Source: Gammaproteobacteria bacterium
GTDB lineage: Bacteria; Pseudomonadota; Gammaproteobacteria; Eutrophobiales; Eutrophobiaceae
Assembly: GCA_965222155.1 (NCBI GenBank)
Contig: CBDCTH010000001.1
Coordinates: 1-64,000 of the forward strand
Length of the DNA stretch: 64,000 nt
Reading direction: 5' to 3'
Position 1 is the first letter of the stretch. Every line of letters begins with the position of its first letter. Below, one piece after another: positions 32,505 through 42,114 of the stretch. The notes under the pieces are model-generated. The model saw only the letters and a program-made list of their open reading frames with translations. It did no database searches and was not told where the DNA came from. The position numbers and the translations under genes are program-made.

Positions 32505-32618
32505 GATGAAACTCCCCCGGTCTACTCGACAGTCTGTCTGTGGGGAGGTGTACTTTCAGCATGAGGCGCCGGTAGACCCTAGCAGTCTGACGCGAAACAG
32601 GGTTTTTCAGGGTCGACT
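32505..32618 (+). mobile_element. Remnant of a second intron-bearing IS5 (intron 3' end, exon, right TIR)
   Basis: GAAACTCCCCCGGTCTACTCGAC|AGTCTGTCTG... nearly identical to 18691-18778, fused to AAACAGGGTTTTTCAGGGTCGAC. Confidence 0.8.
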
Positions 32619-32855
32619 ATACAAGGATAAACCATGACTCATTGCTATTGAGTAAGGCACTACAAACAGGCAGAATGTGCCTTGAATGCCCGTTTCAAAT
32701 CTCTAACGTGGGATTTGGGTGCGTATTTCACAGCAAAGCTGCCACCCATTACACGGCAAAGCTGCCACCCCCAAGGAGGTAGATAACCGGCGCGTTTGAC
32801 GTGGATAACCAAGGGTATCCTGTGTCCTTATTTCTACTGAAAGGAGGAGACACAG

Positions 32856-34397
32856 ATGCCTGCAAAGAGGTTGTCCATGAGAAAGATAAAAGACGTATTA
32901 CGCCTGTGCTGGAGCCAGGGCCTGAGCAAACGCCAGACAGCCAGGAGTTGTGGCATTTCCCGTCCGGCGGTGGATGAGTACCTGCGCCGGGCCGAGGCGG
33001 CCGGGCTGGGTTGGCCGCTGCCTGCGGCGCTGGATGACGGGGCGCTGGAGCGTCTGCTGTTTCCGCCCGCCCCAGCTGTACCCGCCGCGGCCCGCGGCGT
33101 GCCCGATTGGTCACACATTCATCGGGAGTTGAAACGCCCGGGCGTCACCTTGCAGTTGTTATGGCATGAGTATCGCCAGACTCACCCGCAAGGCTATCAG
33201 TACACCTGGTTCTGCCAGCATTATCGGACGTGGCGTGGCAAGCTGGATCTGGTCATGCGCCAGGAGCACCGGGCCGGTGAGAAGCTGTTCGTGGATTATG
33301 CCGGTATGCGTGCTCAGGTCATCAACCCGGCAACCGGGGAAGTCCGTGAGGCAGAGGTGTTTGTGGCAGCGCTGGGCGCGTCGAACTACACCTATGCCGA
33401 GGCCACCTGGAGCCAGGGCCTGGAAGATTGGATCGGCGCCCACGTGCGCTGTTTTACCTACCTGGGCGGTGTGCCTGAAGTGGTGGTGCCGGATAATTTA
33501 CGCGCCGGGGTGAGCCGTGCGCATCGCTATGAGCCGGACATCAACCCCACCTACCAGGACCTGGCCACCCATTACGGGGTCGCCATTGTCCCGGCACGGG
33601 TGCGTCGTCCCCGTGACAAAGCGAAAGCCGAGGTCGCGGTACAGGTGGTAGAGCGCTGGATCCTCGCCGCCCTGCGCCAGCGTCAGTGCTTCTCCCTGGC
33701 CGAGTTGAACCGCGCCATCCGGGCGTTGCTGGAGACGCTCAACAACCGGCCCTTCAAGAAACTGCCGGGCACCCGGCGCGCGCTGTTTGAGCAACTGGAT
33801 AAACCGGCCCTGCGCCCCCTGCCCGTCGAAGCGTACGAATACGCCGAGTGGAAGCAGGCGCGGGTCCATATCGACTATCACATCGAGGTCCATGGCCATT
33901 ACTACTCCGTGCCCCACGCGCTCATCAAAAAACAACTGGACGTGCGCATCACCGCCAACACCATTGAATGCTTTCATCGCGGCCAGCGCATCGCCAGCCA
34001 TCGACGCTCGTATCATAAGGCACGTCATACCACCGTCCCGGCCCACATGCCCGAGGCGCACCGCCAGGCCGGCGAGTGGTCCCCGCAACGCCTGGGCCGC
34101 TGGGCCGCGCAGGTCGGGCCGGCCACAGAAACCCTTATCCTCCGTGTCCTGTCTGCCCGCAAGCACCCCCAGCAGGCCTACCGCAGTTGCTTAGGGATCC
34201 TGCGCCTGGCTAAAACCTACGGCGACGACCGGCTGGAGGCCGCCTGCCAACGCGCCCTCACCCTGGGCAGCCACAGTTACAAAAGTATCGAATCCATCCT
34301 CCGCCACGGCCTGGACCGGCAACCCCTCGCCGAGCAGACCGAGGCGGCCTTACCTGATGACCACGACAATATCCGTGGCCCATCCTACTACCACTGA
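32856..34397 (+). CDS. istA: IS21 transposase
   Basis: GEKLFVDYAG, VPDNL, PRDKAKAE, YYSVP, HDNIRGPSYYH. Confidence 0.95.
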   Translation: MPAKRLSMRKIKDVLRLCWSQGLSKRQTARSCGISRPAVDEYLRRAEAAGLGWPLPAALDDGALERLLFPPAPAVPAAARGVPDWSHIHRELKRPGVTLQLLWHEYRQTHPQGYQYTWFCQHYRTWRGKLDLVMRQEHRAGEKLFVDYAGMRAQVINPATGEVREAEVFVAALGASNYTYAEATWSQGLEDWIGAHVRCFTYLGGVPEVVVPDNLRAGVSRAHRYEPDINPTYQDLATHYGVAIVPARVRRPRDKAKAEVAVQVVERWILAALRQRQCFSLAELNRAIRALLETLNNRPFKKLPGTRRALFEQLDKPALRPLPVEAYEYAEWKQARVHIDYHIEVHGHYYSVPHALIKKQLDVRITANTIECFHRGQRIASHRRSYHKARHTTVPAHMPEAHRQAGEWSPQRLGRWAAQVGPATETLILRVLSARKHPQQAYRSCLGILRLAKTYGDDRLEAACQRALTLGSHSYKSIESILRHGLDRQPLAEQTEAALPDDHDNIRGPSYYH

Positions 34398-34416
34398 CCC
34401 ACGACAGGAGACTGCT

Positions 34417-35175
34417 ATGTTGATACATCCCACCCTGGACAAACTCCAGACCTTGAAATGCACCGGTATGGCTGCCGCCCTCACCGAGCAGATGTCCGTG
34501 CCCGATATCGATACCCTCAGCTTCGAGGAACGCCTCGGCCTGCTCGTCGACCGGGAGATAACCGAACGGGACAACCGACGCCTGTCCAACCGGCTGCGAT
34601 GCGCCCGCCTCAAACACAATGCCACCCTGGAGGATATCGACTATCGCCCCCCGCGCGGACTGGATAAATCCCTGATGCAATCACTGGCCACCTGCCAGTG
34701 GGTCCGCGAACACCTCAATATCCTCATCACCGGCCCCACCGGCGTCGGCAAAACCTGGCTCGCCTGTGCCCTGGCACACAACGCCTGCCGGCACGGCTAC
34801 ACCGCCCTCTACCTGCGCCTGCCCAGACTCCTCCAGGACCTGTCCATCGCCAAGGGCGATGGACGCTATCCCAAGCTCCTCACCACCCTGGCAAAAACCC
34901 AGGCCCTCATCCTCGATGACTGGGGCCTGGTCAAATTGAACGCAGAGCAGCGCCGTGACCTGCTGGAAATCCTGGAAGACCGCCACGGCGCACGCTCCAC
35001 CCTCGCTACCAGTCAATTACCGGCCGAAAAATGGCATCACAGCATCGGCGACCCCACCCTCGCCGATGCCATCCTTGACCGCCTGGTGCACAATGCTTAC
35101 AAAATACAACTCAAGGGTGAATCCATGCGAAAACAGAAAAAAACATTGACGATGATGACCCCAACAGAGTCATAA
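34417..35175 (+). CDS. istB: IS21 helper ATPase
   Basis: GPTGVGKT, LILDDWG, ADAILDRLVH, LKGESMRK. Confidence 0.95.
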   Translation: MLIHPTLDKLQTLKCTGMAAALTEQMSVPDIDTLSFEERLGLLVDREITERDNRRLSNRLRCARLKHNATLEDIDYRPPRGLDKSLMQSLATCQWVREHLNILITGPTGVGKTWLACALAHNACRHGYTALYLRLPRLLQDLSIAKGDGRYPKLLTTLAKTQALILDDWGLVKLNAEQRRDLLEILEDRHGARSTLATSQLPAEKWHHSIGDPTLADAILDRLVHNAYKIQLKGESMRKQKKTLTMMTPTES

Positions 35176-35445
35176 TGACCAACACCCACGTCATCACGCG
35201 CCTGGGGGTGGCAGCTTTGCTGCGTTCCGGGTGGCAGCCTTCACGTGAAACGGGTGGCAGGATTCAGTGAAATACGCAATTTGGGCATTAATTTGGATTT
35301 GATATTGTTTTTTAGATGTCTCATACTCCTTATATTACAATTATTCTATATATATCAGTATTCTGATTTATGCAGAGATTAGGAAGAAGTTTTATACTCA
35401 AATCTGGAGTATACTCCTGAATAGAAATCAGTGGAGGAGATTGAC

Positions 35446-35640
35446 ATGCCTGAAAAAGCTTTGAGCGAACAACATGCTACTGGAGATCAGCCCAAAATTT
35501 ACGTGACATCAAAGGGCGCTCGGTATGTTAAAGCGGATGAGTTACTGCATAGCAAAAGAGCGCGCGAACAAATCAAAGCATTGGCGAAGCTTGATTTTAG
35601 TAAACCTCAACCTGATACAACTTCGAAAAGTCCATCATAG
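35446..35640 (+). CDS. Hypothetical small protein
   Basis: GGAGGAG RBS, 64 aa. Confidence 0.45.
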   Translation: MPEKALSEQHATGDQPKIYVTSKGARYVKADELLHSKRAREQIKALAKLDFSKPQPDTTSKSPS

Positions 35641-35680
35641 AAAACCAATTTAATCATTCTGTAATAAGGACAGCCCCGCC

Positions 35681-36358
35681 TTGACTCTTGGAGCGTTTCT
35701 TGTTCCCACTGTTGCGGGATATTGGTTTTTAACGCACCTGTATTCCACACGGTTTGGTGCCCTCCGTGATTCGGGTTACCATCTTTTCTTCAGAGCCGTC
35801 ATATGCGGTGCCATTTTAGCTTTTATCTCACACTCAATCATTTTTTCTATAGGCTCCTGTTTTCCCGAAATCAGCACGAAATGGGAGTCTTTTATGCCAA
35901 TTCCTTACTCTGGCACGGCTATCCTGACCGCTCTGCTAGGATTTGTGCTTCCGATTATTGGCAATCAGTTTTACGATAAAGAAAAAGCCGTCCGGCGAGC
36001 AGCAGCAGAGAGTGGGGACCTCATTGAACTGCTAATTGCAGAATCTATTGAACATCAACGACTGATTGAGCTCTCTTTAAAAAGCAGGAAATCATATATC
36101 GGTTTTGCTCTTAAGAGCGGAATAATAAGCCAAGGTGAGTCTGATATAGCACTTATCCCTATGGCTAGCGGCTACAGGAATAAAGATACTCAACAGTTAG
36201 AAATCACGACGAACTATGCTACCGTAGTCGAGAAATCTCTTGAAGAGTCTTCAGACTTGATCTATGAAGATTTTCGAATTGTAATACCTATGCTTGAAAT
36301 AGTGTCCGCACGTATATTCCATCCTCAGGCGTATGAAATTTTTCAGAAGGAAGGTTGA
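35681..36358 (+). CDS. Hypothetical membrane protein
   Basis: Three N-terminal TM segments and a soluble C-terminal domain (SLKSRKSYIG, P..SGYR); AT-rich. Confidence 0.6.
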   Translation: MTLGAFLVPTVAGYWFLTHLYSTRFGALRDSGYHLFFRAVICGAILAFISHSIIFSIGSCFPEISTKWESFMPIPYSGTAILTALLGFVLPIIGNQFYDKEKAVRRAAAESGDLIELLIAESIEHQRLIELSLKSRKSYIGFALKSGIISQGESDIALIPMASGYRNKDTQQLEITTNYATVVEKSLEESSDLIYEDFRIVIPMLEIVSARIFHPQAYEIFQKEG

Positions 36359-36400
36359 TCTTACCGAAAATCCGTCCAGAACTCTTTTACAGGTAGTTTA

Positions 36401-36685
36401 GTCGTCCCTGAATAACCCCAAAAGCTATTCTAACCTATTGATTATAGTTATGTAAGCTGCGTTTTTCCCTGGACTGATAGTGCAGGTTTTGGTATCATGG
36501 GGCTTCATTTTCTGGCAATATCGGAGATAAAAATGACCCCCGGACACGCTGACGCGCATCCTTCATCAGACCTGTTCAGCGAACAGTTGGATACTATGCT
36601 CAACCCACGGCATGACTTGTATCGATTAGCCGACCTGGTGGACGGGTCGGTGTTTGATAAGGCACTCGGTGCGCGGTACTGCCCG
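36401..36685 (+). mobile_element. IS5 left-end remnant
   Basis: Homologous to 16445-16736 (TIR plus the 5' part of the transposase). Confidence 0.8.
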
Positions 36686-36769
36686 TGCGAGAGACACGCC
36701 CTATTCCAACAATCTGCTGCCAGACTGTGACCTGCCCCGGATGTCACGTATAGCCGTATGATTGGTCAA

Positions 36770-37324
36770 TCAGTGGAACACCCGGGGCCGAAAGTCTGCC
36801 TGATTGATAATGCTGGCGCTGCTCCCGGTGGCTCGGATGACATACAAGCCCTGCCGCTCCGCATACACCTGCACAGAATGGTCCACCTTCAGGTACGCCA
36901 CTGCGCCCAGTATCTTCCGTCCTTTGAATCCCGACACCCAACCCGTGAATTTATCCAGCTTCTCCAGAAAATGCGTCACATCCCCGGCCCGTAACGTGGT
37001 CTTGACTTCCACGACCACCACTTCTTCTCCATTCGCTGCCAGAATGTCATACTCGTAATGCTCGCCATTACGCCGACCGCTCACTCGGGGATACGTCGTC
37101 TGCACTTCTATCCCGCGCGCCTGCAACAGGGGAAGCAGGTCCCCTTCTACCAGACTCTCCACCAGCTTGCCCCACTGACTGGTAAACAACTCATCCAGCT
37201 TCTTCAAGCGTTGGTCGGTGTCCTTCATCTGTTCACGGACCTCCTCAGACTGCTTGCCGACGGCTCGCAGGATATTCCAGATTTCTTCGGGGGTGGCGGG
37301 GTCTTGATGCAGTTCGTTTTCCAT
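36770..37324 (-). CDS. DUF3782-like PD-(D/E)XK protein, copy 2, 1 heptad
   Basis: Near-identical to copy 1; 184 aa. Confidence 0.75.
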   Translation of the reverse strand: MENELHQDPATPEEIWNILRAVGKQSEEVREQMKDTDQRLKKLDELFTSQWGKLVESLVEGDLLPLLQARGIEVQTTYPRVSGRRNGEHYEYDILAANGEEVVVVEVKTTLRAGDVTHFLEKLDKFTGWVSGFKGRKILGAVAYLKVDHSVQVYAERQGLYVIRATGSSASIINQADFRPRVFH

Positions 37325-37613
37325 GATGCCTTTCTCCTGTGCTGGTTTGACGTTACAGAGAATAATAGAAGCGCCGGGATATATCAAGTTCAATTTTCAT
37401 GCTGTCACTCCAAAGTTGCAATGTCCTCTTTTAACCTGCCTGGGGAGAGATATTTGTAACTTCTCAATAACCCCGTGCCTATTTCCGGGAGGGAGGGCGT
37501 CTCACCCTCCACGAGGGCAAGATGCCCTCGTTCAAACATTTGGGGTCAGAGTAAAAATACAGTCAGTTTGGCAAGTGGTAGTGGCTTATTGTTAAGTATT
37601 TTTACTCTGACCC

Positions 37614-38507
37614 CAAACTCTCATGAGCAGGTCTTTGCACACCCCGACGGCATGTAACTAAAACTCTGGAGATGCAGTGTTATCCACAGCCTCCTCAGAG
37701 TTGACTACTGTCCCGTCCTGGTGTAGTCTGCTTAGCACATCGTCCACGTTAGCGCGTAAGCCCAACCCGGCTACAGGCCCTATGGCGGGGTCGCCTGAAA
37801 GACCAGAATGGGTATCCCTGTAGCGTGTCCTTTCCAGTCGGTCAGACCTTGTTAAGACCGAATGTGTTCGTGCGGCCTGATGCTTAGAACGCCCAAAAAT
37901 AGTTACACAGCAAACTCTCATGAGCAGGTCTTTGCACACCCCGACGGCATGTAACTAAAACTCTGGAGATGCAGTGTTATCCACAGCCTCCTCAGAGTTG
38001 ACTACTGTCCCGTCCTGGTGTAGTCTGCTTAGCACATCGTCCACGTTAGCGCGTAAGCCCAACCCGGCTACAGGCCCTATGGCGGGGTCGCCTGAAAGAC
38101 CAGAATGGGTATCCCTGTAGCGTGTCCTTTCCAGTCGGTCAGACCTTGTTAAGACCGAATGTGTTCGTGCGGCCTGATGCTTAGAACGCCCAAAAATAGT
38201 TACACAGCAAACTCTCATGAGCAGGTCTTTGCACACCCCGACGGCATGTAACTAAAACTCTGGAGATGCAGTGTTATCCACAGCCTCCTCAGAGTTGACT
38301 ACTGTCCCGTCCTGGTGTAGTCTGCTTAGCACATCGTCCACGTTAGCGCGTAAGCCCAACCCGGCTACAGGCCCTATGGCGGGGTCGCCTGAAAGACCAG
38401 AATGGGTATCCCTGTAGCGTGTCCTTTCCAGTCGGTCAGACCTTGTTAAGACCGAATGTGTTCGTGCGGCCTGATGCTTAGAACGCCCAAAAATAGTTAC
38501 ACAGCAA
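37614..38507. repeat. Three identical head-to-tail 297-bp units
   Basis: Units begin CAAACTCTCATGAG at 37614, 37911 and 38208; terminal CAA at 38505-38507. Confidence 0.97.
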
Positions 38508-38703
38508 TATCCGTGCTTTCGGTCGCAGGCACCCATTGGCGGACATACGAAGCCGTATAGAGAGGGACAAGTTGCTGAGTAATAGCGCGATTGGACGGAG
38601 TATCACCGAGTTTTTGAGGAATGTCGCTGCCCCCGGTAGCCATGGGAACGCTGCCAGACTGTGACCTGCCCCGGATGTCACGTATAGCCGTATGATTGGT
38701 CAA

Positions 38704-39321
38704 TCAGTGGAACACCCGGGGCCGAAAGTCTGCCTGATTGATAATGCTGGCGCTGCTCCCGGTGGCTCGGATGACATACAAGCCCTGCCGCTCCGCATAC
38801 ACCTCCACAGAATGGTCCACCTTCAGGTACGCCACTGCGCCCAGTATCTTCCGTCCTTTGAATCCCGACACCCAACCCGTGAATTTATCCAGCTTCTCCA
38901 GAAAATGCGTCACATCCCCGGCCCGTAACGTGGTCTTGACTTCCACGACGACCACTTCTTCTCCATTCGCTGCCAGAATGTCATACTCATAATGCTCGCC
39001 ATTACGCCGACCGCTCACCCGGGGATACGTGGTCTGCACTTCTATCCCACGCGCCTGCAACAGGGGAATCAGGTCCCCTTCTACCAGACTCTCCACCAGC
39101 TTGCCCCACTGACTGGTAAACAACTCATCCAGTTTCTTCAAGCGCCGGTCGGTTTCCTTCATCTGCAGGCCGGTCTCCTTCATCTGCCGGTCGGTTTCCT
39201 TCATCTGCCGGTCGGTGTCCTTCATCTGTTCACGGACCTCCTCAGACTGCTTGCCGACGGCTCGTAGAATATTCCAGATTTCTTCGGGGGTGGCGGGGTC
39301 TTGATGCAGTTCGTTTTCCAT
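38704..39321 (-). CDS. DUF3782-like PD-(D/E)XK protein, copy 3, 4 heptads
   Basis: Near-identical to copy 1; 205 aa. Confidence 0.75.
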   Translation of the reverse strand: MENELHQDPATPEEIWNILRAVGKQSEEVREQMKDTDRQMKETDRQMKETGLQMKETDRRLKKLDELFTSQWGKLVESLVEGDLIPLLQARGIEVQTTYPRVSGRRNGEHYEYDILAANGEEVVVVEVKTTLRAGDVTHFLEKLDKFTGWVSGFKGRKILGAVAYLKVDHSVEVYAERQGLYVIRATGSSASIINQADFRPRVFH

Positions 39322-39880
39322 GATGCCTTTCTCCTGTGCTGGTTTGACGTTACAGAGAATAATACAAGCGCCGGAATATATCAAGTTCAATTTTCATGCT
39401 GTCACTCCAAAGTTGCAATGTCCTCTTTTAACCTGCGTGGGGAGAGATATTTGTAACTTCTCAATAACCCCGTGCCTATTTCCGGGAGGGAGGGCGTCTC
39501 ACCCTCGTTCCAGGATGAATGATAAATGGTATCACCGTCACTTCTGACTAACCCGGTGCCTTCAACTCGCAGGGTGCGCAAGATGCCGGAAGACTTTCTC
39601 TGGTGGGGCGGTCATTATAACTGGCTGATAAAGTTAGCGGGAACGGCTGACACCTCAAAGTATCACTTGACAATGAAGGCGGTATCCATATAAGAGGTTC
39701 CTTAAATTCAGGAAGGGCCTGTCTTGGGATGTTGTCATCCATAGCCAAAATCCAGTGGAACAACGGACTTGGTTTACCTGAATGCCTATCCTGGAGATGT
39801 TGCTAATCCGGGGCAGCCATCCGGTTGAAACCAGGTAAATTCCATAAAAGCGGGCAGCCGCTCTGCTATAATAGTTGGGT

Positions 39881-41020
39881 ATGGCCATCACAGCCAAACA
39901 TAATCCCTACACCCCTGGCATAGGAATCGAGCCGGTTTGCCTGGCTGGACGGCAAGAAGAGCAACGTGTTTTGGCAGAAGCGATGGCGCGAATTCAGGAC
40001 AAATTGCCAGGTAACGATCATATCCTGATCGGCCCCAGGGGTAACGGCAAGACGACTTTGCTGCGCTGGTTCGATAGTCATTGCAAGGGACAGGCCAACG
40101 CAGTGGATGTAGTCTGGTTGACTCCGGCGGAGATCCAGGATATCGCTACACTGACCAGACTGTTGACTCCACGGCCGAAGCTCAAGCTGCCGCTGCTGGA
40201 CAGCCTTTCCGTGTCGATAATCGGGAGTCGCTTGATCTGGGGCAAGCCCGCGGCACACACGCTGACCAGGCTACTGACCGCGCGCTGCCGAACCACCCCC
40301 CTGGTACTGTTGCTGGACGAAGCCCACACGCTGCACTCTCAGGTGGGCCAGGTACTGCTGAACGTCAGCCAGGAAGTGCGTGCCGCAGCGCCCTTCCTGT
40401 TGGTCCTGGCCGGTACCCCTGGGCTGCAATCCACCTTGGCCAACATGCAGGCAAGTTTTTGGGACCGGGCAGAGCAATTGTTTATCGGCTTGCTGCCTGA
40501 CGGAGCCAGTGAGGAAATACTGGTTAAAACGGGTGCAGTCAGCGGCCTCCAGTACGAACCTGATGCCCTTGACCAGTTGGTCATCGCTGGGGACCGCTAC
40601 CCGTATTTTGTGCAATTGCTGGGCCGGGCTGCCTGGAAACAGGCCCGGCAGACGCAACGTGCTACAGTTGATCGGCAAGCCGCCGAAACGGCGATAGCAG
40701 AGGTTAAACCTTTACGGTATGAGTATTATCGAAATCGCCTGGCTGAACTGGAACATACTGAGAATGCGGCACCAGCCTATGCAGTAGCCAAACTATTGGA
40801 CGAAAAACAAAGTGTGTCTGACTGGGAATTAAACACCATCCTGCAACAGGTATCAGCCGACCACGGGGATAATGCCCCTGCAATTATAAAACGAAATAAA
40901 GACACCTTGTATGGCTTAGGTCTGATTTGGCGAGATCCGGGAGCAGACGAGTGGACTTGCGGCATCCCCAGCCTGGCTGGATACGTAGCCGACAGACTAC
41001 GGCCTGGGTTGGAAATCTGA
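39881..41020 (+). CDS. P-loop AAA-type ATPase
   Basis: NPYTPG.G..P..LAGR, GPRGNGKTT, LLLDEAH, LVLAGTP, YPYFVQLLG. Confidence 0.85.
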   Translation: MAITAKHNPYTPGIGIEPVCLAGRQEEQRVLAEAMARIQDKLPGNDHILIGPRGNGKTTLLRWFDSHCKGQANAVDVVWLTPAEIQDIATLTRLLTPRPKLKLPLLDSLSVSIIGSRLIWGKPAAHTLTRLLTARCRTTPLVLLLDEAHTLHSQVGQVLLNVSQEVRAAAPFLLVLAGTPGLQSTLANMQASFWDRAEQLFIGLLPDGASEEILVKTGAVSGLQYEPDALDQLVIAGDRYPYFVQLLGRAAWKQARQTQRATVDRQAAETAIAEVKPLRYEYYRNRLAELEHTENAAPAYAVAKLLDEKQSVSDWELNTILQQVSADHGDNAPAIIKRNKDTLYGLGLIWRDPGADEWTCGIPSLAGYVADRLRPGLEI

Positions 41021-41348
41021 GAGGCATTATGGTGTATTTTGCCTGTTTGTAGTACCTTGCTCAGCAGCCTTGGACCAGGGTTTGCCATTGAACAGGGTGG
41101 GCTGCCGCTCGCTCACGCCGTATTGGGGCAGTGCAAGCTGAAAGGCATATCCCAATATGGCGCAGAGGGATGGCTGGTCGCTGGCGGACATACGAAGCCG
41201 TATAGAGAGGGATAAGTTGCTGAGTAATAGCGCGATTGGGCGGAGTATCACCGAGTTTTTGAGGAATGTCGCTGCCCCCGGTAGCGATGGGGACGCTGCC
41301 AGACTGTGACCCGCCCCAGATTTCACGTATAGCCGTATGATTGGTCAA

Positions 41349-41945
41349 TCAGCAGAACACCCGGGGCCGAAAGTCTGCCTGATTGATAATGCTGGCGCTG
41401 CTCCCGGTGGCTCGGATGACATACAAGCCCTGCCGCTCCGCATACACCTGCACAGAATGATCCACCTTCAGGTACGCCACTGCGCCCAGTATCTTCCGTC
41501 CTTTGAATCCCGACACCCAACCCGTGAATTTATCCAGCTTCTCCAGAAAATGCGTCACATCCCCGGCCCGTAACGTGGTCTTGACTTCCACGACGACCAC
41601 TTCTTCTCCATTCGCTGCCAGAATGTCATACTCGTAATGCTCGCCATTACGCCGACCGCTCACTCGGGGATACGTCGTCTGCACTTCTATCCCGCGCGCC
41701 TGCAACAGGGGAATCAGGTCCCCTTCTACCAGACTCTCCACCAGCTTGCCCCACTGGCTGGTAAACAACTCATCCAGTTTCTTCAAGCGCCGGTCGGTTT
41801 CCTTCATCTGCCGGTCGGTTTCCTTCATCCGCCGGTCGGTGTCCTTCATCTGTTCACGGACCTCCTCAGACTGCTTGCCGACGGCTCGCAGAATATTCCA
41901 GATTTCTTCGGGGGTGGCGGGGTCTTGATGCAGTTCGTTTTCCAT
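41349..41945 (-). CDS. DUF3782-like PD-(D/E)XK protein, copy 4, 3 heptads
   Basis: Near-identical to copy 1; 198 aa. Confidence 0.75.
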   Translation of the reverse strand: MENELHQDPATPEEIWNILRAVGKQSEEVREQMKDTDRRMKETDRQMKETDRRLKKLDELFTSQWGKLVESLVEGDLIPLLQARGIEVQTTYPRVSGRRNGEHYEYDILAANGEEVVVVEVKTTLRAGDVTHFLEKLDKFTGWVSGFKGRKILGAVAYLKVDHSVQVYAERQGLYVIRATGSSASIINQADFRPRVFC

Positions 41946-42114
41946 GATGCCTTTCTCCTGTGCTGGTTTGACGTTACAGAGAATAATACAAGCGCCGGAA
42001 TATATCAAGTTCAATTTTCATGCTGTATTTCAAACTGAGACACTATCAGTTTCTCCATAATAAGGAATAGCATCCTAATCTCTGTCGATATATATTCTAA
42101 TCTTGAGACAAGCA

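Larger units (their letters stand above)
32720..35278 (+). mobile_element. IS21-family element, apparently intact
   Basis: Ends TGCGTATTTCAC / GTGAAATACGCA, internal GCTGCCACCC repeats, 7-bp target duplication ATTTGGG (32713-32719, 35279-35285). Confidence 0.95.

Noticed and set aside
37614-38507. CRISPR array, or ribozyme/retrozyme, in the 297-bp repeat
   Set aside because: No variable spacers and no cas genes. CTGAGGA and TAACACTGC resemble hammerhead and twister fragments, but the remaining core elements are not correctly placed.
37658-38536. 93-94 aa ORFs in the repeat as real genes, or a never-ending ORF
   Set aside because: No convincing RBS or motif; every frame has at least one stop per unit.
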